Source: Azolla caroliniana
Lineage: Eukaryota; Plantae; Polypodiophyta
Assembly: GCA_043228905.1 (NCBI GenBank)
Contig: JBHGNT010000012.1
Coordinates: 1,178,001-1,242,000, forward strand
Direction: 5' to 3'
DNA: 64,000 bases
In this document: positions 36,271-51,300 of the stretch, one piece after another
Position numbering within the stretch: the first letter of the stretch is position 1
Layout: every line of letters starts with the position of its first letter
Translations under genes and position numbers: made by a program
The notes under the pieces: model-generated
Databases searched by the model: none
What the model saw: the letters and a program-made list of their open reading frames with translations, nothing else
Told to the model about the DNA's origin: nothing

Positions 36271-38803
36271 TCAGAGAGGTTGGCCCTTTGGTACAATTTG
36301 ATCTTTGAGCCACATGTAGATGGGAACAAGAACATAATATGCAGAGGCAATCACACCCAACAAAAATCTGTAAAGGAACACAAAAGGGTTCACTTTTGCC
36401 CTCACATCTTCTGCCTTTGGTCCAAGCTGTGTAGAAAAACAAATGGTTGTGATTAGGTTCCCATCTTGATATAGTTCTATGTTCTTAGCTTTCCAAACAC
36501 ATAAGATACATGCATGAAATATAAGCACACTATATTAGCTTTTTAATGTGTGCTTGCAAATTAAAACATCATATAATAACCTGTTGACACTTGCATGGAA
36601 TCTTATTAAGATGATAGATACTAGCATGTACATTCATATAATAAGAAAATCCTATCATGATGATGGGTACAATCAAATGGCATATGCGAGAAGAAGAAGG
36701 AGACTTACCCGTAGTGGGCTTTCCCCAGACTCTGGTTTCACACCAGTAACGGAGCATCCCATGATCAGACCATGTCTTCGAACGCCTCTATACCATGAGG
36801 GGCCGATTCGTTTTATTTTAACATCGGAAAAACCAGCTTTAGTGAACCATTCAATGTATTCCTCTTCAGTTGGAAAGAGCATCCACACATCTGCAAAGAA
36901 CCTAGATAGCCAAAATGTAGGATGAACTGGACCTATGAGACATGCCTTTCCTCCTTTCTTTAGCACTCTATATGCCTCGGTAATGCCTCTTTGAGGGTCG
37001 GGCCAATACTCAATGCTGCAATACAAACAACATGCTGGAAACGTTCAAAGGAGATAATTACAATATGAACTAGGCCAAAATATATCCGAATTACAGTGAA
37101 TAGAACATTCAGGGTTGGAATGCTTCTTACAAAAATAGTCAGCACATTTCTTTACAACTATTCCATGAGACAAATCTCCTCTCATAGCCTATGAGAAAAT
37201 CTCACTTCACTTTATTTCTCGCAGCATGGATTTAGACAATTGGAAATATTTATAAAGAAAGAAAAATCCAACAGATAAATAAAGAGATTGTCTACTTAAA
37301 TCATATAGATTTATGGTGTTTCCTGACATTACGAATTAATTCATGTATGAGAAAGAAATTGGTCAATTAACAAATAAATTCCTATAAGTAAGTGGCATTT
37401 TGCTATTTTATGTATGAAAAGGAAACTTAATTGATCAGAGAATACAAAACCCGAAAAAATGGATAATAGTGATATTTCCAGTGCATTCATTGTAGTTTGG
37501 TTCATTAACTAACAACACCTATCTGGTTGCTAATGCATAGAGGTTTTAGGGTACAAAATTATGCTAGATCTATATAATTATCAATGCATACAGATTATAC
37601 TGAAGTTTGCGATATCACCAGTTGCATTGGTGTTCTAGGAAACATCAAATATCAAAATAATCATCAAGTATAAATATCATACCGCACTATATGGGATCAA
37701 CCTATGCAATAGTGTTCTCGAAAACATCAAACGTCGACACACAGATCAAAGCATTCAAGGAAACAGAAAATACCTATATAGTACTCAATGCGTACAGATT
37801 CTACTATACAATAATCAAATATAGGAGACTTGTGCAACGGTGACCTATAAAACATCAATCATCCAAACACTAATTGAGGGAAACCGATCATACAGCACAA
37901 AATGATCCTAGCATTTGTGAAGATGTCTCATGAAAGCATTTAATTCACGCATTAAGTATGCAATGCATACAGATTCTACTCTATAAACTGATGTCTCATG
38001 AAAGATATCCAAAAAATCATAAATATCTGTATATTCAGCAAATCACCAACAATTATACTTACTCCAAAACGATGTTCAATAATAGTATTCTAGAGGACTT
38101 ACCTTCCAGCAGAAACGTATCGATCCACAGAATCAGTCGGAAAAGGAAGATCTTCAGCATCACCTTCAACAATGGAGCACTCCTTAAGATCTTCTTTCTC
38201 CCTGGCTTTAGCTAGCTGATGAGGAGACTGATCAAGGATTGTAACATTTTTGGCATGCACAGTCTTTACAATCCCTTGAGTACAGAAACCAGTTCCTCCT
38301 CCAACATCAACAACAGTGAGATTTGGATCATTTAGGTCCGCAGGTTCTAATGCATCCTCACGCATGTCCACAGTCCAGTGACCAGGATTGATGACGTGAT
38401 CGTATACAATAGACAGGAAACGGTAGAACCAGAACGCTTCTTGCTTGTGCTGGATAAAACGTGGTTGCGATGCAGGTCTGGCGCTGGAAGAAGACGAGGC
38501 ATTTACCACGAAACGGCCTCCAGTCCGCTCCACGGAGGTGTTTCCTGAGCCGAATTGGGGCGGGTCGGAGCTTATCTGAGGGAATCGCATCGAGACGTGG
38601 GGGAACCTGCAGAAGACGGGAGAGATGCTGTGAGAAGCAGGGGGCGAGAGGGAAGGGAATCGTCTCTGCTGAAGGAGAGGCTTAACGGAGCTGCGCCTGG
38701 TGGCGTACCGTAAGGAAGAAGAAGAAGAAGGGAGATGCAGGGAAAGGAGTCCTGAAGCGATGGGAGGGGAATGCAGGGAAGCATCAGCAGAGGAAGAAGC
38801 CAT
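36271..38803 (-). CDS. VTE3: Chloroplast MPBQ/MSBQ methyltransferase (tocopherol/plastoquinone synthesis), 3 exons 38803-38103, 37015-36709, 36426-36271; 387 aa
   Basis: Ser-rich transit peptide; RFIQHKQEAFWFYRFLSIVYDHVINPGHWT, VVDVGGGTGF, YVSAGSIEYWPDPQRGI, VPIYMWLKDQIVPKGQPL. GT-AG introns restore the frame (701+307+156 nt). Confidence 0.96.
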
Positions 38804-38974
38804 GGCGGCGAGCTTCAGGAAGAAGCTGCAGAAAGAGAAAGAGAAGATGAAAGAAGAAGAAGAAGAAGAAGGCCTTCCTTCCTTTTTCTTTTACTCTCCA
38901 CCTTTTATTATTATTATTAATTATTATTATTATTATTATTATGTGTTATCTTTGATCATCCCTCACCATAGCTT

Positions 38975-39039
38975 TCTCTCTCTCTCTCTCTCTCTCTCTA
39001 TGGGCTCAACACACACACACACACACACACACCCATAGC

Positions 39040-39093
<54 letters not shown>

Positions 39094-39122
39094 ATTCTCC
39101 ATGGTGTTTGTGCATGTGTTTA

Positions 39123-39167
<45 letters not shown>

Positions 39168-39600
39168 AGCTATTCTAGTGAATGCCATGGCTTTCTGGCA
39201 AAACTGTCTTTCTGGCAATTCTCCATGGTGTTTGTGCATGTGTTTATTTGTGTGCGTGCGTGCGTGTGCGTGGAGCTATTCTAGTGAATGCCATGGCTTT
39301 CTGGCAACTCCCTTGGTGTCTACGTGCTGCTCCTGCTGCTTGTCGGTGTCTTTGTGTTCGTGCCCGCGTCAATGTTTTTGCGTGCCCGTGCCTGTGATGT
39401 CGATGATAGTCGGGGTCTGTGATGAGCCAATGACTGTGCGTGTCTATGTGCATGCGCGTGTGTTCGGATCTGTTTTCCGTGTCAATGTTTTTTGCGTGCC
39501 TGTGCCCGTGTCTATGTTGTCGATGATAGTCGGCGGCGTCTATGATGAGCCAATGTTTGTGCATGTCTATGCGCATGCACATGTGTTCGGATCTGTTTTG
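38975..39600. repeat. (CT)n/(CA)n/(TG)n microsatellites plus two pairs of tandem duplications upstream of VTE3
   Basis: ATTCTCCATGGTGTTTGTGCATG...GCCATGGCTTTCTGGCAA twice (~39093, ~39218); GTCAATGTTTTT...GTCGATGATAGTCGG...GTGTTCGGATCTGTTTT twice (~39368, ~39481). Confidence 0.8.
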
Positions 39601-40934
39601 TTTTGCGAGATGCCATGTCTACGTGTCCAAATCGGGAATTTTGCATGTCTGTGCTTATGATGTCCGTGATTTGTGTGTTTGTTCGCGATTGTTCTCTAAG
39701 TTGCCATTGCCTCAACTTCTCTCTCATGTTTGCAACTTCTCTCGTCTAGTCTCTCACACCCTCTCGTCCCCACACCGAAACCCTTTGACCTCCCACTTCT
39801 TTTCGAGTGGCTTGGGTGGAAATGAAATTAGTCTTAGTGCAAAGTCATTCCCTTCATCGAATGTGTTACACCATACCACGTTTTGTACAATACTAGAACT
39901 CTTTTAGCTTTAAGTCCTATTTTTATTTTATTTTATTTAGTTCTGATGATTGGATAAATACCCCATTTTGTTGTACACCAATTGTCTCATGGGCCAATTT
40001 TGGCCTTAGAAGACATTAATATCTCTTTCGTTCTTCTTTATTTCTCACACTCTCTCGAGTCAATGTCTCTTTATGTGTATGTTTGCATATTCTTTTGGAA
40101 CTCCATGTGGCATCCTAGTTATCTCACATTCTGGAGTATGGTTCCTATTTGTATTCATTGGGATCGACAAATGCCATCTTAGTAGGGTGCCATGTGGCAT
40201 CATTTGTCAACCAAGACCATATGTGAATCTCACCAACTGAAATCTTGTCTTTGGTGCCATGTGGCATCATTAAGAGCCACCCATGGCTCCGCCCCCCTCT
40301 AATATTGGCGACCTGGTGGGATGAACCACATTCAATGGGCAAGAAGAAAATAACTTAGATAATGACAAATGGTAACTTCAAAATAGCACAAAGTGCATAT
40401 AGAGATACATGCTACAAGCTTGCGACAAGTTGAAGTATAGACCATCATCAATGACAATGATGATGGTGGCCCCTTACCACTTGGTAGAACGGAGAGAGTT
40501 TATGAATCTCAAACTTTTGCTCCCTCTCACATAATATTAAGAGCATGCTCTCCTCCTTACCTTTTATATTCCCTTGCTCACATTAATAGAGTAAGGTTCC
40601 ATCACTAAGTAACTATGACCATAATATAAGAGATGCAACCCTAATGCCACTAATGATATTGTTGCCAATGAACCACAATTCCCATTGGACTGTGGTCACA
40701 ATTGTCCCCATGGGGCAGATTGTCACCGTGAAGGAAGTTGTTGTTACCATTGACACACTATTGCTAGTTGGATATTTTTGTCAATGAGGCAAGCAAAGAA
40801 GAAGAGTGTGAGAAAACAAGATAATCAAGTTGATGAAGAATGGGGCAAGAAAAGTCACTCAAAGAAGAGCAATGAACACGGTTGTGGGTTGAGTCTTGAG
40901 ATTCAAGCAAATGTTGTATTGCACCCAATTGAGA

Positions 40935-41915
40935 TGTAATATGAAGTAACCAGGCTGACGACCTATGCTATTAGCCAAGAGCTTTGATGAGAGATAATTG
41001 GGTCAATGATCGATGACCTTTAATTGAGAACCAAACGATCATGACAACGATAATTGGATCATGGGAAGACCTATCATATAATCACTTGGGCCACATTTCA
41101 CAAAGAAGTACTACCTTTTTGTGTCTAATTAAGATCTCTGTAGGGTTACTCATGTTGGTCATGGAGTGCCTGAAACCACTTCTAGAGAATCTTCACGTTG
41201 TCATGATGTGGGAAGCGCATGCAACGAAACAAGTTAAATTAAATATATATAAAAGATTGAAGGACAAGTCAGAAGTACAAAAGGTCATGAGCCAAGCAAA
41301 ACTAGTGATAATAAAAGGACTTAACTCAGACATTAAGAGGTTATATTAGGATTGGAAGGTCACAAGCTCGAATTTTATAATGGATGATGAAGGGAGAAAT
41401 GTGATTTATAGTAACCAACAAGGTATGTGGTAAAAATGAAGAAGGGAAATACAATTTTTGTATCAACCGAATCTTGAGTTCAAGTGTTACAAAAAGGAAC
41501 TTTTGGTAAGGCCCCTCTTTAAACCTATAAAAGGGAGAGGAGAACTCATTGTTTGGGGGTCGAATTTTGTATAAAGGTGAAAATGGTGTCGAAATCTCGA
41601 ACAAGTTTGGACTAGTGAACCAAGAGGGCGTTAGAGATCACAAATGACAAAGAGTAAGGAAACTATTTCACTGGTCTTCTAAACAAAACTCAAGGATGCT
41701 TCTGAAGCTCTACAACAAATCTTACATCTCTAACTCCTTTTTCTATCTACTAGTTCTAAGCCACTCCATGTGTAACATAGTTGAGTTGTTACTCGTTATA
41801 TATGATTCTAGCTCATTAGGTTTCATTATACTTCATTGTTTGATCATTATGTAATATAGTTTTTGTTAAAACTATTATCTAATATTACTCACTTTCGAAT
41901 ATGGATCACATCACA
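40935..41915 (+). mobile_element. Possible decayed LTR
   Basis: Begins TGTAAT, has CCTATAAAAGGGAG at ~41524, ends ATCACA followed by TTTGGT. No TSD or partner LTR seen. Confidence 0.3.
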
Positions 41916-42866
41916 AATTTTGGTTTTTTTATTTCGAATTCGAAAAACGAAGTTACACGATTTGGAACAAGATTCGTGAAAAGATGAGTCCTTGGATTAC
42001 CTTAAACTTCTCTACCTCCAACTCATCAAACCTTTGCCTCCTCCAACAACCAGATAAGGAATGAAATGCTATGTACAACATATATATATTCATATTAGGG
42101 AAGATTCAAACCTTAAACCTTCAACATATCATATTTACCAATAGGGCAACTATTAGGAATGTTGGATTTCTCATAGATAAATTGTACATATGAATATATA
42201 TTCAAAAACTACTAAGGAAAACCCTCTGGGCACTAAAACAAACAACGATGGATAGCCTAAAATCTCCAACACGGCAATTAGAATCTGCAACCCATCATCT
42301 CTGCTTCAAATCCCTGGTGGTCCCACTCACGTTTCACATGCACACGTAATTTCGCAATAACGTGCAACATGACATAGATTTGATCTTCTTGAAGATGGAT
42401 AAGCACTACTTAATGTTCTTGAAGGGAGGAGTTCTCATTGAGAGGTTGCATGAATTGTAGGCATAAGTTGGTAGTCAAGTATTTAGTAGGGTAATACTTT
42501 CGAGACTAAACATTAGTCAAAATGATGGCATGCAAATGCTTATCTAATATGCCAAGAGAGCCTACTAGATCTTAAAGATCCCAAGTGTTTCAATTATTTT
42601 CATGACCTTTACCAAAATCATTTGTAGGTGAAATATTGACTCATGACGTGACACATGAAGTCGTTGATGAAGTACCACCCAGGGCCTAAATTTGACAGGT
42701 TAGTATCAAAGTTTTTTTACGGGCATTTTTTAAAGATTTATGTCATGCGACATAAGATTGCAAAAACCAACATGTCATTTGACATACAAATTTTTAAAAT
42801 GAAAAGCTCTATATAATGCTACATTGTTATACATGTCATTACTATAAAAGGTACACAAAGATACGC

Positions 42867-43360
42867 AAATCAACATAACTATCTCACAAAGATAATGAAA
42901 TACATAAAATGAATATCGTGTTAATGTTTTTACTAATAAGCATGTAAAAAAAGTTTTTTTTTTGGGAAAAAAGGTTATTTTATCTGAAAAATGTTATTTT
43001 TTGGGAAAAAAAAGGTTAGTAAAAAAATTTGTTTTAACTTAGAACTTCAAACATTAAAATCAAACCTATAGTTTATACTCTTAGAGTATTTAATAAAGGT
43101 TATTGTTTAAAATCAACATAACTATCTCACAAAGATAATGAAATACATAAACTAAATATCATGTTAATTTTTTTTACTAATAAGTATGTAAAAAAGGTTT
43201 TTTTTTTGGGGGGGGGGGAGGAGGGTATTTTTTTGGAAAAAAACTGAGGTTTTGTTTAGAAAAAAAGTGGTTATTGTTTTGGAAAAAAGGTTATTTTTTG
43301 GGGAAAAAAAGGCTAGTAAAATTTTTAGTTTTAACTTAAAACATTAAGATCAAACATATA
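42867..43360. repeat. AT-rich direct duplication, ~243-bp period
   Basis: AAATCAACATAACTATCTCACAAAGATAATGAAATACATAAA at 42867 and ~43110, with similar downstream A/T tracts. Confidence 0.8.
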
Positions 43361-43364
43361 TGTT

Positions 43365-44015
43365 GATGGGCAGAATGGGAGTGAAAGATGCTTGGTATGT
43401 ACTAAAAAAGCCTCGAGCTCGCTAATCTTCTCAAGAGCACGTTGCAATATAAATGGCTTTCCTATGTCTCGCATAGACAAAATCTACATAAGCTCGGAAC
43501 TGGAAAAATATGGCAACAATATTGAAGTCATCGCAGGTTCGGCTTTCTCTGATCATATGCTGGTTAAGATTATGTTGGTCGATCAGAGGAGGCAAAAAAG
43601 GGACTGCAACATGAGGATCAACCGTAAACTTTTTGAGGATGCGGAGGTGGGAAGGAAGATAAGTAGTATATGGGAAAGTAAGCCAGCTAGTTGTGGTGCA
43701 CTTGATAAACTTCGAGGAAAGATTATTGAAACTTCAATGTATTTGTATGAAGAGACTAAAAATAGAATTGGGAGGTCTAAGGAAAGAGAAGTGAGATTAA
43801 GAAGATTGATATCGGCTTGCCCAACGAATGCTTCAGAAAAATCCCAACTATCATTGGTCTAGAGCAGGTCTTGAGGCTGCTAAAGAAACATTAGAACGGT
43901 TGATTGTGTCTAGAAACAAGATGTTATTCAGGAGTTCAACAGCGTGGTGGAGCACGAATGGGGATAAGGTGAACCAACATTTTTTTAAGTAGAAAAAGCA
44001 CAACAAATTTTTGAG
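43365..44015 (+). mobile_element. LINE ORF2 fragment (end of endonuclease + linker)
   Basis: MSRIDKIYISSEL...GSAFSDHMLVKI; later WWSTNGDKVNQHFF. Confidence 0.8.
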
Positions 44016-44027
44016 GGTCTTCTCGTT

Positions 44028-44125
44028 CAAGATGTGTTCTCATGGATGTCATGCATGGTTGGGTATGCTCGGCCAGGAGAAACTGAAAAAGTTTGTTGTC
44101 TGTTTGAACAAATGCTAGGTGGGTG
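44028..44125 (+). pseudogene. Isolated PPR-motif fragment
   Basis: DVFSWMSCMVGYARPGETEKVCCLFEQM resembles the PLS-PPR consensus DVVSWxxMIxGYAxxGxxEEAxxLFEQM. Confidence 0.55.
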
Positions 44126-44496
44126 TGAAACCAGATCCTGTTTGTCGTGCTCAATCCATGTGTTTGTGCGGGCCTTTTTGAGTTCTTTGACCTATGTCTT
44201 AATGTCCCATGTATGTGTCGATGGCAAATGAGTAATTAAACACAAGATATATATTTGAATCAACATGCTACATTTATAGCCATAGGGATTTGGCATAATG
44301 GTTTAGGGTTCAACCTTATTAAGTCAATTCTTGGAATTCAATTCTTGTCAATGCCCATGCAACATTGCAATCAACCACACATTATTCTCTTAAACATGCC
44401 ACACTTAGGTTTGTTCAATGGTTATGCCACCCATAATCTATGGTCATCATTAAAAATGTACACGCGAGTGTATATTATTGTTTCAATAGTTCATCC

Positions 44497-46531
44497 AAGG
44501 AGTGAGCACCAAATATTTGGGTTTCCAAATTGGTTTCAACATACCGTCGGAGACTATGATTGCACCCATTATCCATTCCATTAGACAAAAGTTGATACAT
44601 TGGAGCTCAAAAAAATTGTCGCTAACGAGTCGCATCATAGTGGCAAACCAAGTACTACTCCCAACAGCATGGTACAGTTTATCATGTTGGACAATCTCCA
44701 AGGAAAGTATACATCAGATTCAACGACTGGTCCACAACCACATTTGGTCTGGTAAGGAAGACCATGTAGCTCGCGCCAAGGTGGCGTGGCCTATACTCAC
44801 AACGCCTAAGTCGAGAGAGGGATTGGGTCTTATTGATCCCCTTTCACAATCGAAAGCCTTACTTGCCAAATTTGTGGTGCGAGGACTCCAACCAGGAAAT
44901 GACTGTTGGAAAATGCTACTACGGTTACGTTTCGCTTTCTTTAGGCCACGAAAAAGGGTCAATTGGGCCCCCCAAACGGGATGGATTCTAAACATGGATC
45001 TCAAACCTAGTTTCTCCCGCCAATTGGAGGATAGATTCAGTGCATCCATGTGGAAGGCATGGTGTGACATTTGTCGAGGGCTCAAGTGTGATCAACCGAG
45101 ATCTGAACCTACCTAGCTCAGTCAACGTATCCTATGGAACCCATGTATCAAGGATGAATCTAATCAACTACCGGGATCACGTAAGGGGTTGTCATGGGGA
45201 TACATTGTAGAAGGTCCAGGAAAAAGTATAGAATGTTGGCGATAGTTTATGTCACTACCACTACAAGATCAGGCCAACATACTCCATGGAATCAGGGGCG
45301 GATGGACTATGAGATTGGCAATCATTAACGCTCTTCTGATTAGGGAATTTGCTACTCAAAGGACGACAATGGAGAAATGGATAGGCCACAAGGAGGAGGA
45401 ATCTCTGATCTCAAGAGGTAGGGGACCATTAGATAGGCTCGAAGGCTCGGAATTGCGAGACACTAAGACACCAACACAGAATAATGCAATTCGAGTACTC
45501 GCGTATACTGGTCATAAATGGATTGTAGATCCTGATCTGATCAAAGTACAACCCGATTGGCACATATATACTCATGAAAACACATGCTTACGTAAGGTCA
45601 GTTGGGACCCTTTGCAATGGACATGACGTGATCCTTACGCGGGGCAAGGAAGCAAACCCATCCCTTTCTTCCAATTCACAACTAGATTGGGTCGCCACAT
45701 TCTAGCTGCTCAAACCGCCCGAGAGCCGGCTGCTGTGAAGGTCTGGCACACATTTCAAGTTCCTCCCACAATAATCACCAAGTTTTGGCAGAAAATCTTG
45801 AAACAAACAACACATGAGGCGAATTACCACATTCCAATGGCTATTAATACATAAGTCCCTACTGGTGGGAGCATGGCAACGTGGGAACCTTAGCTCTCCT
45901 AATTGTGTAGAGTGCCCACATGCAGTAGAATAAATACGACACGCTCTGTGGGACTACCCAACGTCCAATTGAATATGGCGAGGGGTTGGCTACTTGATGC
46001 AATTATGCCAGGTGCAAAGCTCAATCAAGTGGGGAAATATATGTTGGCTATCATGGCAGACCATAGTTGGCAGATACGAGCATTAGGAGGAGGGGATGAC
46101 TTTGGTGATAAAAGCACAAGAGGTCTTTTTCTCCTCTAGCGGCAATGTCCACTCCACTCCTCTTAATGACAAATCTCAAGAGGTGTTGGAATTGGTCAAC
46201 CCAATAACTCTTTGGATTCTATGGAAACAACGGTGTAGATGAGTCTTCTCCAACCAAACCGCGCATCCAACAGGTTACTGCAAGAGATATGGAGTGAAAT
46301 TGTAGCCACTCTAAAGAGCCAATATGATGGCCTCAAGGGCGGCTCCGATGGAGTTGAAAGACAACGAATAGCCTTCATGCAACAATGGTCGTCCTCTCCC
46401 TTTCTTGAGTCAGTGGGCATCCACATAAGATGGAACTATTGCATCCATACAAGGATTTGTACATAATCATCTCATTTGTAAAATTTTATAACTAATGGAA
46501 GGAGTTTTTTTTTGGAGAAAAAAAATAAAAA
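44497..46531 (+). mobile_element. 5'-truncated LINE, family A copy 3, with 12-bp TSD
   Basis: Colinear with 3250-5270. TSD AATAGTTCATCC at 44485-44496 and 46532-46543; tail GGAG-T9-GGAG-A-rich. Confidence 0.94.
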
Positions 46532-48311
46532 AATAGTTCATCCCTAATTACGGGAGGCTATAGAGGAGATCCTACATCGATACACAATATATCGACAAGA
46601 TGTATGTACTATACAGAGAGAGAAGTTTGTTTCATAAGCAATAGCTTTACTCACTCCATTATTGTTAATTGTGCTATCTTACAATCTCTCATGTGATATT
46701 TCCCCTTGTTTTCTTGTCCTAAACCCTTTCACTTAAAGATCTCGAGAGTTTACAATTTAATTTTCAATCCATTAACAGGGCCAAATCTCCTCATCAGCTT
46801 ATATAGGTGTAAACCTAAACTTTGTGCTCAGAAAAAGCGTTTAGGCATCTAGGGCATTTGGTCTTGTAAGTTGTCACTCGTGGCTTTCCCACAAACTAGG
46901 TCGTGGTGCTATTTCTAGCTTCTAAAGGTCATAATTTAGGAAATGACTAGTGTTAAGTGTACTCTTATGATTGTTGTGATGTTTTAATATTATTAAACTC
47001 TCACTATTAAAGTGCATTGTTTCAATATGTCATTGAATATTAACAACCCATTGAGATTTTGTTTCATATTAATTTGCATGGTCAAGGCCAAGTAAATGCC
47101 ATTCTAGGTATACGGTGGCCTCATACTTACAAATCAAAATGTTGGGAAACTAATTAATCACATCAAAAAGATATGTTGGTCTTACGTGAATTAGAAAGTA
47201 TTTATTTGTGTAGCATGTTATACTCATAGCATCTATGTCTCATCAACATATGATTGGTGGCCATATTTTAAAAGCTTTTGAATATATACAAAGTTGATAT
47301 GCTCAAGAGCATTCAAGACTTGTGTGTTATATGCATACCCTTAAGGACTAAATTTTAAGCTAATTTTAATGGTTTAATGGTGTTTAACAACTATAGTGAT
47401 CATCCCAAATCGAAGGACAAGTGGAAAACAAAATACCATACTAGTGGCAAGCATAAAAACCATCATTGTCACATTATACGTTTGACAAATTGAACTAAAA
47501 TAAGAGATCTTTGTGTCACCATAGAGCCTCAACATCTCAAGATGTTGTAATGAAGGGGATAGTTAATCCCCTTTATATAGCCCTACAACTTAGGGTCCAA
47601 GACCACCACGTGTTACTTCTTTTTAAGGATCCTAATAGCATTAAAATTTGCTTGAAATTGCTTTAGATTTATGACTATAACATACTCCCCATTTCCCTAT
47701 GGAATATGCAATACCATCTATACCCATCATTTACATGAAATTGATCATGGCTCAGTGTGCTCGAAACCTCTAAATCCATCATCTCAATGAAAATTAATAT
47801 TAATAGAGGCCAATGACTAAAGGCTCTAATTAAAGTATATTCAATTCAAGTATCCCACTAAGAAAACTCTCCTTAAAATGTATCCAATTAGAGTATAGAG
47901 CTGTTATAAGCAAACACTAATAAGGGGAGATATGGTTCCCATTTTGAAAGGTTCTTCGCTAATACCAACGAATATTACCTCACCTTTTTTCTTAATATAA
48001 AAATTTAATGCTTATCATTCGTATGTCGATTTGTAATATTACATTGTACCATTGACCATGGCACATGTTTTGACATCTATCTTTGATATAGACACTTTCC
48101 CTCATAATTGATCTCCTATGATCCTTGAATATGATACCCTAAGTAGACATTTATTGGCTATCAAAATCAAAGCAATACACCAATGTACACAACATATTTG
48201 CTAATAAAATGGTGGGTATTTACCCATCGTCTAAAGAATGCATCCATTGTGTCTAAATGGAGAATTGTGTGTGAGTGGTTTTTGAGTTGAAATGTACAAA
48301 ATTGACCAGCC

Positions 48312-51300
48312 TTAATCTGAATTGGATTTATAAAAATCGCTCTCAAGCACGGCGAGGTACTTTCGGCCTCCAACATTTTGACAACCATGTGCATTGTTGG
48401 TCTTTCATATGGTATAGAATGTATGCACATAATTGCAATGGACAGCACTGCGTCGAGCCTCTCGGTAAATGGCAGTTCACATGATGGATCGATAATGTCT
48501 TTCAATCTCTTCTCCTTTAGAAGAGTATTGGCCTATACCAAGCAAAGTACACATATGTTAATACTTGTATCCATCAAGCACAATATGTATATGTTTGTGT
48601 ACATACATATGTCAATACTTGTAACTCAACCAGGATATGTATATATGTGTGATGTCAATACTCGTAACCATCAAGCACAGTACGTATATATGTGTTGTGT
48701 GAATGAAGAATGAACCTCATCCACTCACCCATCCAACAATATTGAGTCCTTTCTCTACAAATGAAGAGTCTGTTGGACGTTTGCCATTCAGGAGCTCGAG
48801 TAAAACCACCCCAAAGCCATATACATCACCTTTCTCAGTAGCTCTTCCGTGTTGTAAATATTCTGTAAACAAATTTGGGGGACATTGTATATATACATGT
48901 AATTTTATCTTTTGCATGTAACAAACGTGTAATTGGAAGGTAATCATCATCGTTACCTGGAGCCAAATAACCAAATGTTCCAGCAACAACTGTCGTTACA
49001 TGTGAATCATCTTCCTTCAAAAGCTTGGCTAGTCCGAAGTCCGATACATAAGGCTCAAGATTCTGTCCTAGGAAGGATATTGCTGGACTTCACATCACGA
49101 TGTATTATCCGCGGCCAGCTGTCGTGATGCAAATATGCTAATCCCCGTACGATAATACCCAAGACCTCCAATTTCCTTTCAAAAGCTTTATCTGAACTAT
49201 AATATGGTGTTTCTCTATTTTCTTGACAGTGAACACACTACCATCATCCATTACAAGCCTATAGACAGTTCCAGACCCGCCATAGCCAATCGCATTGCTC
49301 TCCACAATCATGTCTATCCTTCTTGCTATTTCTTTGGATGTGTATGGTAGATCCCCGTGGAAGACGACGACTGTAGGAGCTGAAAATATTGCAAGTAAGA
49401 ATAGGTCAGATATTCCAAGGGTAAACAAGAGACTGTGAAGGTAAATGTGATGCATTGCCACTTGTTTGTAACATTTAGAGACCTATGAAAGAGATGGGAT
49501 GATTAGACATTCTCGTCTGTTTTGGAAAAAATGTAAATTGAAAGAAAAAGTATGCGGCCTTTACTAAAGTGTTACCAAATTTGGCAAAAAAGTACATAAT
49601 ATAAGGGGCAAAAAACAAACAATTGAATATAAGTAACTGGAATCTATATTCCATAAGTTTTTCCTAGTGAAAAGAGAGTACCAATGATGTTTTCGATTGG
49701 GTCGAAACTAGAACAAGGCTTGGACTTCTTCCAGAACTTATGATACAGAAAGCATCCCCAAAAGCACATCAATGCAACTAAGAGTGAGACGCCCACAGTG
49801 CCCAACTGCACTGACAAGGAGCTCAGTTGGATAATGTCGGGTTTTTCTTGGAAGGCCTGCAATGCAAGAAAAAAGATGTATTATGATGCATCAATCCATA
49901 TTAGATCCAAATCAAATGCATTATTAGGAACTGGTGGGGACCATAATAATAAAAGCTTCATTGTGTCAAAAAATCATGCTGCAAACAAAAATCAGAAAAA
50001 AAAGAGGAACACACTTGAAGGTGGAATACCCTCGTTGATTGGTGTTATGAAAGAGTGAAAACTTGAATCAGTAGGCCCCTGTGGCTCACTCACACAGATT
50101 GCGCTGACTCAGATTTCCAACAAATCTGCAAAAAAACCATTAATATGCTTTTTGCACACAAGTCACCAAAAAGACGAATAATTAAACTTTTTCCCAAATC
50201 TGGTTTAAAGAATGCGTCAGGTTTTTTGTTAAGTTCCTTAGATTTCAGATACTTACGATTCTATCCGGAATCTACTTAGAGCACCACCTTCTGGGATCTC
50301 ACCAGTCGGAAAGTTTGTTGACACATTGCTGGAAAACATAATGTAACATATTGTATATAAATTTATTAACAAATCTAGATAGATTCAACATATTCTATTA
50401 TTTCAATCAATATTTCCACAGACTTACAAGATGATAAGTTTTTGAAGGTTCCCAAGAGACTGAGGTATTTTCCCATCATCAAGGGAATTGCTGGAAAGAT
50501 CCCTATTTAGAAAATATGGAAATACAAGGCAAGATTGACTTATCTGCCCACCCCACCACATAAAATCATTATCAAGAAAAATGTAAATCACATCAACATG
50601 CATGTCTCATCCAATTTCCTTCGTCATTCAATTGCTAATGATGTTCCTATACCACACAGTTTTGACACACATGACCATGTTCTTTCAAAAAGCAAGTTAA
50701 TAGTAAAACGGTTATCAATATTTCGTAACCCAAAATTTAGGGATTTCGAATTAAATCTTCAGAATTGAAAATTTGAAAATGGGAACCCACAATCTATAGT
50801 TTAACTATTCATAAAATACACCATTGAATCCAAAATCCACAATGGATAATGCATAATGCATTATTAGAATCCTTCATCCAGCAAACCATAATCATATACA
50901 ATCCAAAAATGATAAATCCAAGTATTGTAATCCATGAACCCTAATCAGTGTGATTGATAATCCAATATCCATGATCCATGACTAAAATTTCAGAATCTGT
51001 AAACCATCTCTGAAAACGTCTCATTTTCTTACTCATAAGTCCCCTTCTCCACATGCAATCAAGGAACTAGCAAACCATCCCAAAATTTTCTTACAGTTCA
51101 AACGTACATCTTAGACCATCCAAAATATTCTTACAGTTAAATGTATATCTTAGACCATCCAAAATATTCATAGGCGATCCAATACTCATAGGCGAAATTT
51201 CGACACAAACATTCCTTGATATCAGCTTTCTTCATATCAACCATAGTAGTTTTTTTAAACGAGGACTACGGAGGGAGGGTATCGGTGTAGCTCACAGAAA

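Noticed and set aside
39124-39907. Cys/Val-rich ORFs upstream of VTE3
   Set aside because: They derive from TG repeats and tandem duplications; no domain signal.
40100-40330. Repeated GTGCCATGTGGCATCA motifs as a TE terminus
   Set aside because: Only 2-3 copies, and no element boundaries could be defined.
42095-42150. Third degenerate tRNA-like SINE head (minus)
   Set aside because: The A/B boxes are too degenerate and there is no second copy to confirm it.
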